From positions 1 through 51,448 of the forward strand of contig JANQRO010000187.1 in assembly GCA_028284525.1 (NCBI GenBank): 51,448 nucleotides of DNA. Reading direction: 5' to 3'. The notes below the pieces were generated by a model that did not search any database, was not told the DNA's origin, and saw nothing but the letters and a program-made list of their open reading frames with translations. The DNA is from Myxococcota bacterium (GTDB lineage Bacteria; Myxococcota_A; UBA9160; PR03). Of this stretch, positions 49,072 through 51,448 are shown in pieces; within the stretch, counting starts at the first letter, position 1; each line of letters begins with the position of its first letter. The translations under genes and the position numbers were made by a program.

Positions 49072-49563
49072 TCAGCGTCCCGGGTTCTCGGTGCTTTCCC
49101 AATAGACGGTGCTGGTCTGGTGCAGTACTTCGCTGTCGATGAACTCGACGAAACGCGCGCCAAAGGTGTCGCGGTAGTCGGCCCAGCCGGGGGCGAAGAG
49201 CGCAAAGGTCCGGCGCATACGCTCGACCCGGCTGTCCCAGAGATCTTCCTCGACATCGCCCCGCTCGTGGGCGTAGAAGAGCGTCTCGTAGTAGTTCACG
49301 ACCGCCGCGAGACGCAGACCGATCAGTCGCCGCTCGGTGGGATCGAGGGTCTCCCAGTCGCCCACGGCGCGGCCCGCCATCTCGATCTCCTGGCTGCTCA
49401 TGTTCATGCCGAGCTCCGACGAGATCCGCGAGGTCTCCTGGTGGACCTGCGCGCTCGCCAGACGGTTGGACACGTTCACCTGGGCGGCCAGGTAGATCAG
49501 GGTCGCCAGCACCCCGAGCCCGCCGACCAGCTCTCCAATCGCTCCCACTTCGCCGATCGTCAT
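49072..49563 (-). CDS. Hypothetical protein with N-terminal TM helix
   Basis: GGGAGA RBS; IGELVGGLGVLATLIYLAAQV membrane anchor followed by a helical soluble domain. Confidence 0.7.
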   Translation of the reverse strand: MTIGEVGAIGELVGGLGVLATLIYLAAQVNVSNRLASAQVHQETSRISSELGMNMSSQEIEMAGRAVGDWETLDPTERRLIGLRLAAVVNYYETLFYAHERGDVEEDLWDSRVERMRRTFALFAPGWADYRDTFGARFVEFIDSEVLHQTSTVYWESTENPGR

Positions 49564-49686
49564 GTCGTTCTCCCTTCGGCGGGGAGCCTATCAGGCATCC
49601 CTTGCGCGACCCGTGCGCGCGGCGGGGCGTGCGATACTCGGGCGGCTCCAGTCGCCCGCAGCGACCCCACCCAGGAGGCGCCCCGT

Positions 49687-49992
49687 ATGCCCGCTTACTT
49701 CATCCTCACCCAGACCGTCACCGATCTCGATCGCTACATGAAGGAGTACGTGCCGGGGGTGCTGCCCTTCCTCGCCAAGTACCAGGGCGAAGTGCTCGCC
49801 GCCGACTTCGACGCCGAGGTGCTGGAGGGCACCCCGGCCCAGGGCGCCGTCGTGATCCGCTTCCCCTCCGATCAGGCCATCCGCGACTTCCTGGCCGACC
49901 CGGAGTATCAGGAGCTCAAACAGCTGCGCTTCTCGATCACCACGAACGCGTCCGCGCAGCTCGCCCCCGAGTTCACGATGCCCGGCCCGTAG
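49687..49992 (+). CDS. DUF1330 family protein
   Basis: AGGAGG RBS; MPAYFI, YQGEVL, EVLEG, VVIRFPS, DPEYQ...R. Confidence 0.88.
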   Translation: MPAYFILTQTVTDLDRYMKEYVPGVLPFLAKYQGEVLAADFDAEVLEGTPAQGAVVIRFPSDQAIRDFLADPEYQELKQLRFSITTNASAQLAPEFTMPGP

Positions 49993-50000
49993 CGGGCGTC

Positions 50001-50144
50001 GCCGCGCCCGGGCCGTCGGCCGATGCCGGAGCGCTAGCCGCGCCCGGGCCGTCGGCCGATGCGGGAGCGCCAGCCGCGCCCGGGCCGTCGGACGATGCGG
50101 GAGCGCCAGCCGCGCCCGGGCCGTCGGACGATGCGGGAGCGCTA
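50001..50144. repeat. Tandem repeat, 4 x 36 bp
   Basis: Unit GCCGCGCCCGGGCCGTCGG(C/A)CGATGC(C/G)GGAGCGC(T/C)A at 50001, 50037, 50073 and 50109, with no spacers. Confidence 0.95.
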
Positions 50145-51448
50145 GCGCGGGGTGTACACCTCGCGGATGGCGAGCTTGATCGGATGCCCGGGGTCGAGGG
50201 GGGTGTCGGGGGCGAGACCGTTGGCGATGGCGGTCTGCTCGATGCTCCAGATCGTGCCGCGGCGCGTGGCCAGCTCGCCGAGGAGCTCGCCGGCTTCGCC
50301 CGCGGCGACACGCAGCCGTCCCTCGGTCACCAGACGACGCTCGTCGGCGCGGAGCCGCCGGAAGCTCTCCGCCGCCCCGCGAAATCGGGGCTCCATCGCC
50401 GAGCGCTGACTGCGCGGGGTCGAGCCGACGAATTGGAACACGTGCCCGCCGTGGGCGATCCAGTAGACGGTGAGCGAAGTGCGGCTCAGCACGCCGCCGG
50501 TCTCGGCGCGGGCGCGCAGCGCCGGGGCACCGCCGATCTCGAGCGCCGTCGGCACGCCGTCGAGACGGATCTCGCTCTGCTCGGAGAACTGGGCGGCCCC
50601 GGCCCGGGGGTCGTCGCCCTGAGCGACGACCTGGAGGATCGCGGCGCTCTTGGAATCGGCAGCGACGGCACCGACCACGGTGCTGCCGTTGGCGGTCCGC
50701 CACCCCGCCGGGAACGCGAGGCTGAAGTCGAGGTCGCGGTGCAGGAAGCGCTCCTCGACGAAGACGCCCTCGGCGCCGCTGCGGCCCACCAGCAGACCTT
50801 CGAGCTCCCCGAGGAATTCGCGGCGCGTGCCGGCGAGGGGATCGGCGGCGGCGCGGGTCAGCGCGGCGGCGGTCCGCGCCGTCGTGCGCGCGCGCTCGGG
50901 GCTCGTGGGATGGGTGGCGAAGAAGCTCTGGCGGTCGGGGTCTTCGCCGTAGAACGCCGACTCGCGGGCGAGGGTCTCCATCGTGGCGGTCATGGCCGCC
51001 GGATCCCATCCGGCTTCGGCGGCGAGGGTCTGCCCGACGCGATCGGCCTCGTTCTCCTGGCTGCGGCTGTACGCCGAGAGCACCAGGGCGCCCGGCGCGC
51101 GACCCACCGCCGCGACGGCGCCCCCGAGCTCGGGGCTCACGACGCCGACCGCCGCGGCGCCAATTCCGGTGGCGATCTGGACCGGGAGCAGCGGCACCCG
51201 CCGCGCCCGCTGTTTCTGGTGGTGGCGCGACACCACGTGACCCACCTCGTGGGCCAGGACGTTGGCGAGCTCGTCCTCGCTGTTCAGCAACGCCAGCATG
51301 CCCCGGGAGATGAACACCTCACCGCCCTCGAGGGCGAAGGCGTTGGGCTCCACCATGTCGACGACGAAGAAGCGGAGCGTCTTGGGGGTGTCGGCGAGAG
51401 CCGCGATTCTCTCGCCCACGGCGCGCACGTAGCGGACCGTGCGGCCGT
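50142..51448 (-). CDS. M48-family Zn metallopeptidase (BepA/YfgC-like) with C-terminal extension; 5' end outside window
   Basis: PNAFALEGG, HEVGH zincin motif, YSRSQENEAD, FFATHP; LysM-like tail (AIANGLAPDTPL.PG..IK). Confidence 0.9.
   Translation of the reverse strand, partial: GRTVRYVRAVGERIAALADTPKTLRFFVVDMVEPNAFALEGGEVFISRGMLALLNSEDELANVLAHEVGHVVSRHHQKQRARRVPLLPVQIATGIGAAAVGVVSPELGGAVAAVGRAPGALVLSAYSRSQENEADRVGQTLAAEAGWDPAAMTATMETLARESAFYGEDPDRQSFFATHPTSPERARTTARTAAALTRAAADPLAGTRREFLGELEGLLVGRSGAEGVFVEERFLHRDLDFSLAFPAGWRTANGSTVVGAVAADSKSAAILQVVAQGDDPRAGAAQFSEQSEIRLDGVPTALEIGGAPALRARAETGGVLSRTSLTVYWIAHGGHVFQFVGSTPRSQRSAMEPRFRGAAESFRRLRADERRLVTEGRLRVAAGEAGELLGELATRRGTIWSIEQTAIANGLAPDTPLDPGHPIKLAIREVYTPR

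Noticed and set aside
50001-50144. CRISPR array (36-bp repeats)
   Set aside because: Units are directly adjacent with no unique spacers, and there are no cas genes in the window.
49973-50311. ORF with repeated APASSDGPGAAG peptide
   Set aside because: A by-product of the DNA tandem repeat; overlaps the M48 gene out of frame and has no RBS.

Overview
A very GC-rich, gene-dense bacterial chromosomal segment of about 57 CDS plus one tRNA-Ile2(CAT). It is almost entirely catabolic and redox genes, and I found no integrase, transposase, prophage, rRNA or CRISPR array. The gene mix (F420-type LLM and Ddn enzymes, DUF1329, N-acyl-D-amino-acid deacylase, P450s, many SDRs, secreted cytochrome c) resembles uncultured Myxococcota/Binatota-type genomes; this is an inference only. 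Recognisable modules are: (i) a CoA-transferase III / SnoaL / atypical Old Yellow Enzyme run; (ii) a co-oriented Mo-hydroxylase (M-S-L), LLM oxidoreductase, hydantoinase/oxoprolinase, DUF917 and 6-oxocamphor-hydrolase-like operon beside the tRNA; (iii) a 4-hydroxyphenylacetate (hpa) cluster lacking hpaC/H/I; (iv) a lipid/terpenoid-type oxidation block (two P450s, BVMO, epoxide hydrolase, Cys-less thiolase + DUF35 + MaoC, and a TetR with a clear operator). The most interesting candidate system is at about 19.65-20.7 kb. A promoter-proximal, probably leaderless DUF2946/CruR-like leader peptide (signal-like segment, HHH, CxxC, C-terminal RAPP arrest motif) is followed not by the usual TonB-dependent receptor but by three overlapping small ORFs of unknown function. 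Other leads are an in-frame PaiB-haloalkane dehalogenase fusion, an OYE with substituted catalytic residues, two paralogous cupins with a possible 3-His site, and a 4x36-bp tandem repeat carrying a stop codon. Start codons were chosen by eye from RBS and overlap evidence, and family calls come from motif recognition, not database searches.
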